From the NCBI GenBank assembly GCA_951406725.2, contig OX597819.1, forward strand, positions 58,342,001 to 58,406,000: a stretch of 64,000 bases of DNA. Reading direction: 5' to 3'. The stretch comes from Octopus vulgaris (Eukaryota). The position numbers were made by a program, and so were the translations under genes. Below the pieces are notes generated by a model that made no database searches, was not told where the DNA came from, and was given only the letters and a program-made list of their open reading frames with translations. Of this stretch, positions 40,968 through 52,080 are shown in pieces (position 1 is the first letter of the stretch; each line of letters opens with the position of its first letter).

Positions 40968-42588
40968 AACTTACTTAATGCTTTTTTTTTTTTTTTACAA
41001 TGTCTTTTTTTAGTATGATATTGTTTATAACACTTCAACGTAATGAAATAGAGCTAAAGGCTAATATTACAGTGAGGCCCGTAATGAACACCCTAAGAAA
41101 CGCTTCACCAACAATTCATGGGAGGGTTTTGGAGGTACAGTCCTCAGCTCCTACCTCCACAGGGTTCGATCAGAAGCAACCGTCATAAGACATCTCGACT
41201 GGATTTAGAAACAAAACAATTGAGGCCATGGATATTATTCAGCCATATCATTCTTGCCCTACGGCTACGTCTCCCTCCACTTGCCACGGCTTGAAAAGTA
41301 TGTCCTGCGATTCTTTTCTCTGACATTCTAATCAAATGTCCGTAGTGTCAGAGCTGTGACCTCTCAAGACAGATAAGTAGCGGTCTGTATTCTGTCGTGA
41401 CTCCCTGATCTCCAAGCTATGCACCCGGTTGAGTAACGTTATTCTAGGGATCCTTTAGAGGTATCCCATTTCGTCCGCTTGTATTAATATCCTTTCCGTC
41501 ATTACTCAACATTCATGTCCAAGTATGATGATAGGCACGAAAATTGAATCTGAGATAGCGAGTTTGGCTTTTTTTGCCAATTTCTACCCTTTTAAGTAAC
41601 GAATGCTGGCGAGAGCGCATTAATGTATTAGTACCTGTAATTCTAGCTTTCAAATCATTCTCCTGCCTTTGATCACACGTCAATACTGCCGCGAAATCTC
41701 GGTGGGATTCATTACTCTCTATAAATGACCTCCACAGTCGATTTCTTACTAAAAAGAAAAATTGACTGGTACTCTATTAATCGAGCCCGGAAAGCTGAAA
41801 GGCAAAGTTGACTTTGACTGGATTTGAAATCAGTACACAGAAATCTAGAATGAATATTGTGAATCATTCTATCCGATTCTCGAACATCTTAGCCAATCGG
41901 CTGTCTTGTTTTTTGGGGGTTTTTTTTTACATCCCAATCAACCTTAACAAAATAAATTCCAGCCGTAACTGCCCCGTCTTTAAGGTTTGTACAGTGCTAA
42001 ATTATATAAAGCATTTGTTGTATATAGAGAGGGTCATTATGCCAATAACAACGCATGCACTCGTTTCATTATTTCACTTCTTTATTATTCGTCATTTGGT
42101 TAACTATTTCACTAATTACTAATTAATTGTTTCATCAATCATTAAGTTAAGCAGTTATTTCCATCAAAGTTCTGTCTTCATCATTCACGACCTCTTGAAT
42201 AACTGCAGGTCTTGACGAGTGATAAAGAAGTATAATAGAACCAGCGCGTGTGTTTATAATTGGCGTAATGACGCTCCCGAGATACAATATGATGTGTGTG
42301 AACACATGAGTTCACTTAAAGAATCTTGCAAAACAAATCCAGCAACAAATATAAAGTAATCTTTTTTTATTTAAGAAGGCAAGGTGTTATTTGTTGGAGA
42401 TTTGGCTGCTATTTCTAGCGGATCGTATCACACCGTACACGTTCTTTCGTTTCTGCTTGATGTTCCTGTCTTTTCTATGATCTTCGAAGGATGATGCAAC
42501 AACTACGATATGATATGGCGGAAAATAAAATTAGCTTTAGTTAACAAGTCTTAATTTAATAGTTTATTACGAGACTCGCAGATCCATC

Positions 42589-42661
42589 GATCCCTGAGGA
42601 ACGATAGTAAGGCGTCTGACTCCCGTTCAGAAGTTTACATGTTCGAATCACGTTGAGATCA
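42589..42661 (+). pseudogene. tRNA-Trp-derived pseudogene, anticodon CCC (duplicate of 39667)
   Basis: One substitution relative to 39667-39739. Confidence 0.8.
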
Positions 42662-42985
42662 TAAGCGTACTTCCTTTTTTTTTTTCTACTTTTTAAATTT
42701 TTTTTTATTGTTTTAGATTATTTATCAATAAGCTTATTTTCAGAAACCAGCTGATATGGATTTTCTTTACAGATTAAAAGCCTATAATTAAAAGCCATAA
42801 TTAAAAGCCATAAACAAAATAATTAATCTTAATAAATTTCGAAAACATAATTTCAGATATTCGGGAGAACAACATAGAAAATAGAATCAGAAATCAAGTG
42901 ACTGCTGGATGGAGACAGAAAATGTCAAATAAATATATAAATATATCAAGAAAAAAAGACTATTGTTTAAGCAATCGTTTCATAC

Positions 42986-43057
42986 GGCCCTGTGGCGCAA
43001 CGGTAGCGCGTCTGACTCCAGATCAGAAGGCTGCGTGTTCGAATCACGTCGGGGTCA
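42986..43057 (+). tRNA. tRNA-Trp-CCA: tRNA-Trp(CCA), major isodecoder
   Basis: Identical 72-mer; T-runs downstream. Confidence 0.97.
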
Positions 43058-43848
43058 TAAACTACTTCTCTTTTTCTTTTTTTTTTTTTATTTAAAGGCA
43101 TTTTTTAGCGTTGTATACTTTATAAGTATTCAACGTGATGCAATACAGTTGAATAGAAGTTGGAAATAAAGCAGGGAAGACGAACAGAAATGCTTAAATT
43201 CAAATGCGCGCAGTTACACACGCACGCCCTGTTTACATCACTGGACAGCAGCCAGGCTAGAGCACCGCTTCGAATAGTTTGGTCGAACGAATCGACTCGG
43301 TACTTTAAGTCCATAACTCATTTTATCGGATTCTTTCACCGAACAGCAAAGTAAAAAAGACGTAAACAAACCAACAACAGTTGTCAAGCGGACAAAATAC
43401 CCTCAGATATTTGCTTTACAAGTCAAATGGCAGATGATCGAGACTAGAAATATTTCAAATATAAGAACTTATTATTACATTAATTAATAGTTTCATAAAG
43501 CAAATAAGCCGACCAAAGCCTTGTGAGTGGATTTGGTAGACGGAAACTGAAAGAAGCTCGTCGTATATATGTATATATATGTATATATATACATGTGTGT
43601 AAGAGTGTATGTTTGTGTGTCTGTGTTTGTCCCCCCAACATCGCTTGAAAACAGATGCTGGTGTGTTTACGTCCCCGTAACTTAGCGGTTCGGCAACAGA
43701 GAGCGATAGAATAAGTGCTAGGCTTACAAAAAAGTCCTGGGGTCGATTTGCTCGACTAAAAGCGGTGCTCCAGCATGGCCACAGTCAAATGAGTGAAACA
43801 AGTAAAAGAGTAAAAGAGTAACTAAGATTTAGAGCAACACATTCATGT

Positions 43849-43920
43849 GGCCCTGTGGCGCAACGGTAGCGCGTCTGACTCCAGATCAGAAGGCTGCGTG
43901 TTCGAATCACGTCGGGGTCA
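43849..43920 (+). tRNA. tRNA-Trp-CCA: tRNA-Trp(CCA), major isodecoder
   Basis: Identical 72-mer; T5 and longer T-runs downstream. Confidence 0.97.
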
Positions 43921-44590
43921 AACCGTCTTCATTTTTGGTTCCTTTTTTTTTTTTTCCTATGTCTAACTTTCTTTTTTATGGTATTGTTTATAACGCTTCA
44001 ACGCAATGGAATAGAGTTAAAGGCCAATAAGACATCTATTACTACTCAAGCAATGAATACAGGAAGAAACGCTTCACCATCAAATGCTGGGAGGGTCTAG
44101 AGGGTATATTCCTCAGCTACCTCGACCATAGGATCTAGTCAGAAGCACACGTCATTAGATATCCCGCTAGGATTCTGAAGCGTAAACAACTGAGGCCATG
44201 GATATTATTCAGCCATCTCATTCTTGCCCTACCGCTACGTCTTCCGCCAGATGACACGTCTTGCGATTCTTTTCTTTGATATTCTAATCATATGTCTGTA
44301 GTACTGGAACTTTGACCTTTCAAGGCAGAGAATTAGTGGTCCGCGATCTGTTGAAACTCCCTGATCCCTAAGCTAAGCATCAGGTCGAGTAACGTTATTT
44401 TAGAGATCTTTCGGAGGTACCCGATTTCGGCAGCCTCTATTTGTACTCTTTCTGTCGTGACCCAGAATTCATGACCATGTATGATGATAGACACGAAAAC
44501 AGACTGCAGGATCGAGACCAAAAATATGTCAAATAAATTTACAAATATAGCAAGAAGAAAAAGACTATTGTTTAAACAATCGTTTCATAC

Positions 44591-44662
44591 GGCCCTGTGG
44601 CGCAACGGTAGCGCGTCTGACTCCAGATCAGAAGGCTGCGTGTTCGAATCACGTCGGGGTCA
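44591..44662 (+). tRNA. tRNA-Trp-CCA: tRNA-Trp(CCA), major isodecoder
   Basis: Identical 72-mer; T-run downstream. Confidence 0.97.
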
Positions 44663-45448
44663 TAAACTACTTCTCTTTTTTTTATTTTTAAAAGGCATTT
44701 TTTAGCGTTGTATACTTTATAAGTATTCAACGTGATGCAATACAGTTGAATAGAAGTTGGAAAGAAAGCAGGGAAGACGAACAGAAATGCTTAAATTCAA
44801 ATGCGCGCAGTTACACACGCACGCCCTGTTTACATCACTGGACAGCAGCCAGGCTAGAGCACCGCTTCGAATAGTTTGGTCGAACGAATCGACTCGGTAC
44901 TTTAAGTCCATAACTCATTTTATCGGATTCTTTCACCGAACAGCAAAGTAAAAAAGACGTAAACAAACCAACAACAGTTGTCAAGCGGACAAAATACCCT
45001 CAGATATTTGCTTTACAAGTCAAATGGCAGATGATCGAGACTAGAAATATTTCAAATATAAGAACTTATTATTACATTAATTAATAGTTTCATAAAGCAA
45101 ATAAGCCGACCAAAGCCTTGTGAGTGGATTTGGTAGACGGAAACTGAAAGAAGCTCGTCGTATATATGTATATATATGTATATATATACATGTGTGTAAG
45201 AGTGTATGTTTGTGTGTCTGAGTTTGTCCCCCCAACATCGCTTGAAAACAGATGCTGGTGTGTTTACGTCCCCGTAACTTAGCGGTTCGGCAAAAGAGAC
45301 CGATAGAATAAGTGCTAGGCTTACAAAGAATAAATCCTGGGGTCGATTTGCTCGACTAAAAGCGGTGCTCCAGCATGGCCACAGTCAAATGAGTGAAACA
45401 AGTAAAAGAGTAAAAGAGTAACTAAGATTTAGAGCAACACTTCCATGT

Positions 45449-45520
45449 GGCCCTGTGGCGCAACGGTGGCGCGTCTGACTCCAGATCAGAAGGCTGCGTG
45501 TTCGTATCACGTCGGGGTCA
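45449..45520 (+). tRNA. tRNA-Trp-CCA: tRNA-Trp(CCA) variant with two substitutions at conserved positions, likely an incipient pseudogene
   Basis: D loop GGTAG changed to GGTGG (A21G) and T loop TTCGAAT changed to TTCGTAT (A58T, in the B box). Confidence 0.8.
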
Positions 45521-46166
45521 AACCGTCTTCGTTTTTGGTTTCTTTTTTTTTTTTTCCTATGTCTAACTTTCTTTTTATGGTATTGTTTATAACGCTTCAA
45601 CGCAATGTAATAGAGTTAAAGGCCAATAAGACATCTATTACTACTCAAGCAATGAATACAGGAAGAAACGATTCACCATCAAATGCTAGGAGGGTCTAGA
45701 GGGTATATTCCTCAGCTACCTCCACCATAGGATCTAGTCAGAAGCACACGTCATTAGATATCCCGCTAGGATTCTGAAGCGTAAACAACTGAGGCCATGG
45801 ATATTATTCAGCCATCTCATTCTTGCCCTACCGCTACGTCTTCCGCCAGATGACACGTCTTGCGATTCTTTTCTTTGATATTCTAATCATATGTTTGTAG
45901 TACTGGAACTTTGACCTTTCAAGGCAGAGAATTAGTGGTCCGCGATCTGTTGAAACTCCCTGATCCCCAAGCTAAGCATCAGGTCGAGTAACGTTATTTT
46001 AGAAATTTCGGCAGCCTCTACTTGTACTCTTTCTGTCGTGACCCAGCATTCATGACCATGTATGATGATAGACACGAATCTGACTGCAGGATCGAGACCC
46101 AAAATATGTCAAATAAATTTACAAATATTGCAAGAAAAAAAGACTATTGTTTAAACAATCGTTTCA

Positions 46167-46233
46167 TGTGGCGCAACGGTAGCGCGTCTGACTCCAGATC
46201 AGAAGGCTGCGTGTTCGAATCACATCGGGGTCA
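46167..46233 (+). pseudogene. tRNA-Trp pseudogene lacking most of the 5' acceptor strand
   Basis: The flank GTTTCA runs directly into TGTGGCGCAACGG (GGCCC missing). T-stem change CACGT to CACAT. Confidence 0.88.
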
Positions 46234-46389
46234 GGAGTAACTGTTAATTTAAAATGTTTTTTTATTCTTATTGTTGTATAGTTTATAAGTTTTCAACATT
46301 ATGTAATACAGTTAAATAGAAATTGGAAAGAAAGCAGAGAAGACGAAAAGAAATGCTTAAATACAAATACACACATATGCACAAGTACA

Positions 46390-46700
46390 CTTTGCTATGT
46401 ACCTGATCTCCAAGCAATTGCACTCGCTCGACTAACGTTATTTTAGAGATCCTTTGGAGGTACCTCATTTCGGCCGCTTGTTTTCGTACTCTTTCCGTCC
46501 TTACCCAACATTCATGACCATGTATGACGATGAGCACAAAAACCGAATCGGAGATAGCGAGTTTGGCTCTTTTGCCAATCTTTTCTCTTTTAAGGAACAA
46601 ACGCTGAAGACGGCACATTAGTGTGCCGCTACTTGCAATTCTAGCATTCAATTCATTCTCTTGTTTTCCATCACACATGAATACAGCTGCGAGATTTTGT
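46390..46700 (-). mobile_element. RTE-clade LINE fragment (RT C-terminal region)
   Basis: DGKQENELNARIAS..KRAKLAISDSVFVLIVIHGHECW..QAAEMRYLQRISKITLVERV is typical of RTE/Rex3-like ORFs. Confidence 0.8.
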
Positions 46701-46986
46701 CGAGGCCTATTCCTCTCTAGAAATGACCTCCGCAGCCGATTTCTTACTGAAAAAATCGATCCCGAACGGCTGAAAGGCAAAGTCGATCGCGGCTGGATTT
46801 GAAATCAGTACACAGAAATCTAGAATGAATATTGTGAAACATTGTATCCTTCTTCTATGATCACCAAAATATGATGCAACATATACAATTAAATGGTGAA
46901 ATTTAAAATTAGTTTTAATTAACAAGTCTGAATTTAATATAGTTTATTACGAGACTCGTGGTCTCCGTCGAACACTTAGGAATAAT

Positions 46987-47348
46987 CTTTTCTTTTCTAG
47001 GCACAAGGTCCGAAATTTTGGGGGAGGGGACCAATCGATTAGATCGACTCCAGTATACAACTGGTACTTAATTTCTCGACCCTGAAAGGATGAAAAGCAA
47101 AGTCGACCACGGCAGAATTTGAACTCAGAACGTAAAGGCAGACGAAATACCTATTTCTTTACAACCCACAAGGGGCTAAACACAGAGAGGACAAACAAGG
47201 ACAGACAAACGGATTAAGTTGATTGACCCCGAAAGGATGAAAGGCAAAGTCGACCTCTGCGGAATTTGAACTCAGAACGTAGCGGCAGATGAAATACCGG
47301 AAAGCATTTCGCCCGGCGTGCTAACGTTTCTGCCAGCTCGCCGCCTTA
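46987..47348 (-). mobile_element. Dimeric family-A SINE inserted into a tRNA pseudogene, 16-bp TSD
   Basis: Flanked by AACACTTAGGAATAAT (46971-46986) and AACACTTATGAATAAT (47349-47364), which differ at one position. Confidence 0.85.
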
Positions 47349-47424
47349 AACACTTATGAATAATGGCAAGGTGTCTGACTGACTTCCGTTGAGAAGTTTA
47401 CGTGTTCTTGTCAAGTCGGCATCA
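47349..47424 (+). pseudogene. Degenerate tRNA pseudogene of the 39667 lineage
   Basis: TAATGGCAAGGTGTCTGACTGACTTCCGTTGAGAAGTTTACGTGTTC..GTCGGCATCA with the same TAAGCGT 3' flank as 39667. Confidence 0.65.
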
Positions 47425-47781
47425 TAAGCGTCTTCTTATACTTTTCTTATACTTTTTTTTTTAAAGATTGTATTTATCAAATAAGCATAGTTTGAAAACC
47501 CAGCCGATCCCACCTTCGCTATCTTTTTTTTTTTTTTTTTTTAAAGAAACCCACTTTTTCGACTGCGGAGATTCCGAATCTACAAAGAAAGAAAAAAGTC
47601 AGTATTTCATTTAAAATGTCCTATCATAAATAAAATAATTGATCCTAATAAATTTCGAAAACACAATTTCAATTATTCTTCAGAACAACGTAGAGAATGC
47701 TGGGTCGAGAAAGAAAATATATCAAATAAATATACAAATATAGCAATAGGAAAAGACTATTGTTTGAAGACTCGCTTCATA

Positions 47782-47832
47782 CGTGCCTGATTTCAGATCA
47801 GACGGCTACGTGTTCGAATCACGACGGGGTCA
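47782..47832 (+). pseudogene. 5'-deleted tRNA-Trp pseudogene with TCA anticodon
   Basis: CGTGCCTGATTTCAGATCAGACGGCTACGTGTTCGAATCACGACGGGGTCA. The 5' acceptor strand and D arm are missing; T-run terminator kept. Confidence 0.82.
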
Positions 47833-48146
47833 AGAGAAACTTTTTCTTTTTTTTTTTTTTTTTCAAGCCTTGTATAGTTTATAAATCTTCAACCTTATGA
47901 AATACAGTTAAATAGTAATTGAAAAAAAAGGAGAGAAGACAAAAAGAAATACTTAAATCCAAATACGCACACCTACACAAGCACACCTTGTTTCTGTCAC
48001 TGGAATGCGGCTAGGCTGAATGGTTTCGTCGATTGAATCCACCCGGTACTTTATTTGAAGTCCATTACTCATTTCATCGGTTTCTTATACCGAACCGCAA
48101 AGTAACGGAGACTTAAACAAACCAACACCGTTGTCAAGTGAACACT

Positions 48147-48484
48147 CTGAGACCCCCTTTGGTCATTACTGACCATGGGATTGCACCTAGAAAGTTACCC
48201 TCCGAGACACAAGTCCGAGCAAGGTTGTTTATCGAAGGCCAGCAGTCGCCCATGCATACTGGCCTCCCCTCTCCATGCCACCAGTGTTATCCAAGGGAAA
48301 GGCAAAGGCCGATACAGCTTGGCACCTGTAACGTCGCAACTCATTTCTACAGCTGAGTTAACTGGAGCAACTTGAAATAAAGTGTCTTGCTCAAGAACAC
48401 AACACGCAGCCCAGTCCGGGATTCAAACTCACATCTTCACGATCGTAAGCTCGACGCTCTAACTACTGAGCAATGCGCCTTCAC
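48147..48484 (-). mobile_element. Family-C SINE with 11-bp TSD
   Basis: Reverse complement of the 17317 element, flanked by AAGTGAACACT on both sides. Confidence 0.85.
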
Positions 48485-48639
48485 AAAGTGAACACTACAA
48501 CGTCACCTTTACAAAACAAATGAAAGTCGATCGAGATGAGAAATATGTCAACTATGTGAACTTATAATTAGATTGACAAATAATTTCATAAACCGAAAGA
48601 CTAAGGTTTGGAGCAACATCCAAGTCTTACTGCTTTTAT

Positions 48640-48866
48640 TACTTTTTTTACTCTTTTACTTGTTTCAGTCATTTGACTGTGGCCACGCTGGAGCAACGCC
48701 TTTAGTCGAGCAGATCGACCCCAGGACTTATTCTTTGTAAGCCTAGTACTTATTCTATCGGTCTCTTTTGCCGATCCGCTAAGTTACGGGGACGTAAATA
48801 CACCAGCATCGGTTGTCAAGTGATGTTGGGGAGAACAAACACAGACACACAAACAAATACACACAC

Positions 48867-48939
<73 letters not shown>

Positions 48940-49078
48940 GACGGGCTTCTTTCAGTTTCCGCCTACAAAATCCACTTACAAGGCTTTGGTCGGCCCGAGG
49001 CTATAGTAGAAGACACTTGCCCAAGGTGCCACGTAGTGGGACTGAACCCGGAACCATGTGGTTCGTAAGCAAGCTACT
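48640..49078 (-). mobile_element. Family-B SINE, head truncated by the adjacent Tx1-like insertion
   Basis: Family-B body and tail with internal (TA)n; homology stops at AAGCAAGCTACTT. Confidence 0.8.
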
Positions 49079-50120
49079 TTATTTCATTTGCCATAGAGGC
49101 AGTACAAAAATAGGTAGCTTTGCGGGCTGGACAAGACATTGATGAGGCGAATGATAATAATACAAGATGATTAGGATGAGAGAAGACAGAAAGAGCCCGC
49201 TGACCTTCTGCTGCTCTATAACATTGTTCTTTTAAAAAGGCACATCTTGAGGTATTAACCCTGTTACAATTTACAATATTTTACAATTTTTTGGACTAAG
49301 AAGTCCATTACAATTTAAAACATAATAAGACATATATTGAGGCGATGAACCTCTTACCTCAAGTCCCCGATTAATTCTCTTGCGACCTGCAGGCATCCCT
49401 GCACCCGCAAGTCGGAGTACCAAGAAAGTAATCTATAATCCTCCCTTGGGAAGGAGCCTGATGTGTGAAATAAATCCTTTTTTTCCAGTATCAGAGTAAC
49501 CACCTGCGGAGGCCACTCTGGTCTGTCAATAAAAGTCGGTTCCATTAGTTCCCGACTCTGAAGGACATTTTCCACATAATTATCGATGGCCCCTCCACTG
49601 CGATAGAAGAACACATATCTTTGCACACTTACATCAGGAGGGAGCCTCCACTCCCTCGCTCGGTGGCACACATCGTACCGACGAGGTTTCCATCTTCTCT
49701 CCCTCCGGTGGCAATCCCACCAAAGGGGTTTCGGGGCATTTCGCCGCCGGCGATGCCCTGTTTTTCTTTTTTTCTTTTTTTTCCCCCTTTTTCACGGCGG
49801 GAGGTTGAAGTTCCCCCGGCTTGTCCGTAGATCCCTCCTTCCCTCCCGCCGCCTCGGGAGCCATCGATGGGCAACCATTGTTACCCACCATCTTTCTTTT
49901 TGTTCCTTTTTTCGAGGGGGTTACCGCCTCCTCGACTTTCTCCCTCTCTCTCCCCAATGAAGGAGCAGGGTACTCCGTTGGGGGAACAGGGAGTTCTTTA
50001 TCAATTAACTGTTCCAGGACCTTTGCCTGGTCCCGGCGACAGTTCTTCCTTGCGTGGCCCGATTCCAGACATAGGTGACACTTAGGGGTGCGTCCCTCAA
50101 CCATCCCCTGTTACCTGGAA
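49078..50120 (-). mobile_element. Tx1/L1-group retroelement fragment: ORF1 C-terminal part with CCHC zinc knuckle, then 3' UTR
   Basis: VEGRTPKCHLCLESGHARKNC fits CX2CX4HX4C preceded by EGR.P, as in Tx1-clade ORF1. A Lys/Glu-rich linker follows; the frame appears to continue in ORF 49354-49671, then about 270 nt to AATAAA near 49080. Confidence 0.65.
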
Positions 50121-50224
50121 CCGGCCATTGTTAAAAAATCTGGTAAAACCAGATCTTCAGCCGATTGGGCCCATAGGGTCAAAATTGCTTTTGACCAGAC
50201 ACAATCGACCGCAGGCATCATTTT

Positions 50225-50710
50225 TACGTTTAAGAGCCTGACAGGGCCGCCACTATCTTAGTATTGTTGGGAAAATTCTGTATTTTGAGAAGTTATTTTT
50301 TTGTTAAAGTTGACGTATTTCGATAATTTCAACCAATCAATGACGTGTATTCAGCTGAATAGAATTTCTGCCGTTGTTTGCCAACAACTATTGGTGGTGC
50401 ATGAAAAACATCAAAACTACTGGAAGAAATAGGCTGAATGATTGCCATTTATCTAACATTCCTTGAGTAAAGTATAGTACCATAAAAGCAAATATTGAGA
50501 ATATCATAAAAGGGAAGCAATGCCAAAGCTCACATTAATTTTATTTTGTGTAAGTGTAATTTCATTAATTTGTATTTATATTTGTTATTAAAAAAATTTA
50601 TTCACTATATTTTGAACTTTTAAAAGTTTATATCCAAGTACATTTGTGGTCCGGTGAATATACTTAGATTTATAATTTGGCCCACTAGGAAAGAAGGTTG
50701 GACATCCCAC
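50225..50710. mobile_element. hAT-like MITE remnant
   Basis: Right end TTTGGCCC..AAGGTTGGACATCCC followed by CTCTAGA resembles hAT/Charlie termini and target. Left end is unclear. Confidence 0.4.
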
Positions 50711-51184
50711 CTCTAGAATAACGTTATTCAACAGGGTATATAGCTCGGAGATTAGGCAGGCTCAACAGACCGCGGACCACCACTTCTCTGCCTTAAAAAG
50801 GTCACAACTCTGGTACTACAGGCATATGAGTAAAATATTGCAGAAAAGAATCGCAAGACGGCCTCTTGAAACCGTGACAACCGGCTGGAGACGTTGGGCT
50901 AGAGCAAGAACGAGATGGCCTGTAGTTCACGTTTCTAAATCCGGTGGAGATGTCTAGTGACGGTTGCTTCTGACCGGACCCTATGGGTAAGGTAGCTGAG
51001 GACGGTAACCACAGCATAGTGCTACGGATTGGTGGAGCGTTTCTTTCTGTGTTCATTGCTTTATTTCCAACTTACATTGAATTAAATTTCTTATTGGCCT
51101 GTAACCCTATTTCATTATATTGAAACGTTATAAGAATATCATAATAAAAAAGAGATTGCAAAAAAATTAACAAAAACCCCAGGA

Positions 51185-51255
51185 TGATTTGATGTGTTTC
51201 GAACACGCAGACTTCCGATCTGGAGTCAGATGCGCTACCGTTGTGCCACATGGCC
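51185..51255 (-). pseudogene. tRNA-Trp(CCA) pseudogene
   Basis: Reverse complement GGCCATGTGGCACAACGGTAGCGCATCTGACTCCAGATCGGAAGTCTGCGTGTTCGAAACACATCAAATCA; acceptor stem destroyed. Confidence 0.85.
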
Positions 51256-51642
51256 ACATGGAAATGACGCTCTAAATCTTAGTTATTTGCTTTATGTAAC
51301 TATTAGTAAATGTAATTATAAGTTCATATATTTCAGATATTTCTCGTCTTGATCAACTGTCATTTGTTTTGTAAAGCAAATGTTTGATGGTATTTTGTCG
51401 GCTTGACAACTGGTGTTGGTTTGTTTGCATCTCCCTCAATTTGCTGTTCGGTAAAAGCATGTCAATAGAATGAGTAATGGATTTAAAATGAAGCATCGGG
51501 TCGATTCTTTCGACCAAACCATTTCTTTTCGTCTTCTCTGCTTTCTTTCCAACTTCTATATAACTGTTTTTCATAACGTTGAAGAGTTACAAACTTTGTA
51601 GCATTAAAAAGAAAATGTTTTTAACCAAAAATAGTTCTCTAA

Positions 51643-51714
51643 TGACCCCGACGTGATTCGAACACGCAGCCTTCTGATCTGGAGTCAGACGCGCTACCGT
51701 TGCGCCACAGGGCC
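51643..51714 (-). tRNA. tRNA-Trp-CCA: tRNA-Trp(CCA), major isodecoder, inverted orientation
   Basis: Exact reverse complement of the 72-mer; A5 run at about 51627-51631 gives a T5 terminator. Confidence 0.97.
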
Positions 51715-52012
51715 ATATGAAGCAATTAGTCAAACAATAGTCATTTCATCTTGCTATATTTATATATTTACTTGACATGTTTTCTGTTTCGATTCAACAG
51801 TCACTTGATTTTTGATTGTATTTACTACGTGGTTCTGACAAATATCTGAAATTATGTTTACGAAATTTATTAAGATCAATTATTTTATTTATGACGACTT
51901 TTTTATCTTTTAATCTACACATAAAATCCATATCGGTTGGGTTCTAAAAGTACGCTTGCTGATAAATATAATGCATAAAAGCAAAAAGAAAAATACAATG
52001 AACAACTGCTTG

Positions 52013-52080
52013 TGATCCCGACATATTTCGAACGCGTAAACTTCTCAACTGGAGTCAGACGCTTTACCAACGTTCTTCAG
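52013..52080 (-). pseudogene. Degenerate tRNA-Trp pseudogene of the 39667 lineage, inverted
   Basis: Reverse complement CTGAAGAACGTTGGTAAAGCGTCTGACTCCAGTTGAGAAGTTTACGCGTTCGAAATATGTCGGGATCA. Confidence 0.75.

Larger units (their letters stand above)
37998..43920 (+). repeat. Recent tandem segmental duplication, about 2.9-kb unit x2 (37998-40895, 40896-43848)
   Basis: Near-identical order of tRNA, RTE relic, pseudo-tRNA, tRNA and SINE; duplicated ORF-track peptides (38100/41000, 38887/41808, 39960/42898). Confidence 0.93.
42986..46166 (+). repeat. Second recent tandem duplication, about 1.6-kb unit x2 (42986-44590, 44591-46166)
   Basis: Offsets between paralogous tRNAs are 1605 and 1600 bp; duplicated ORF-track peptides (43120/44717, 43845/45445). 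Confidence 0.92.

Noticed and set aside
47782-47832. Functional opal suppressor or tRNA-Sec
   Set aside because: It lacks the 5' acceptor strand, D arm and A box and has no long variable arm; kept only as a pseudogene.
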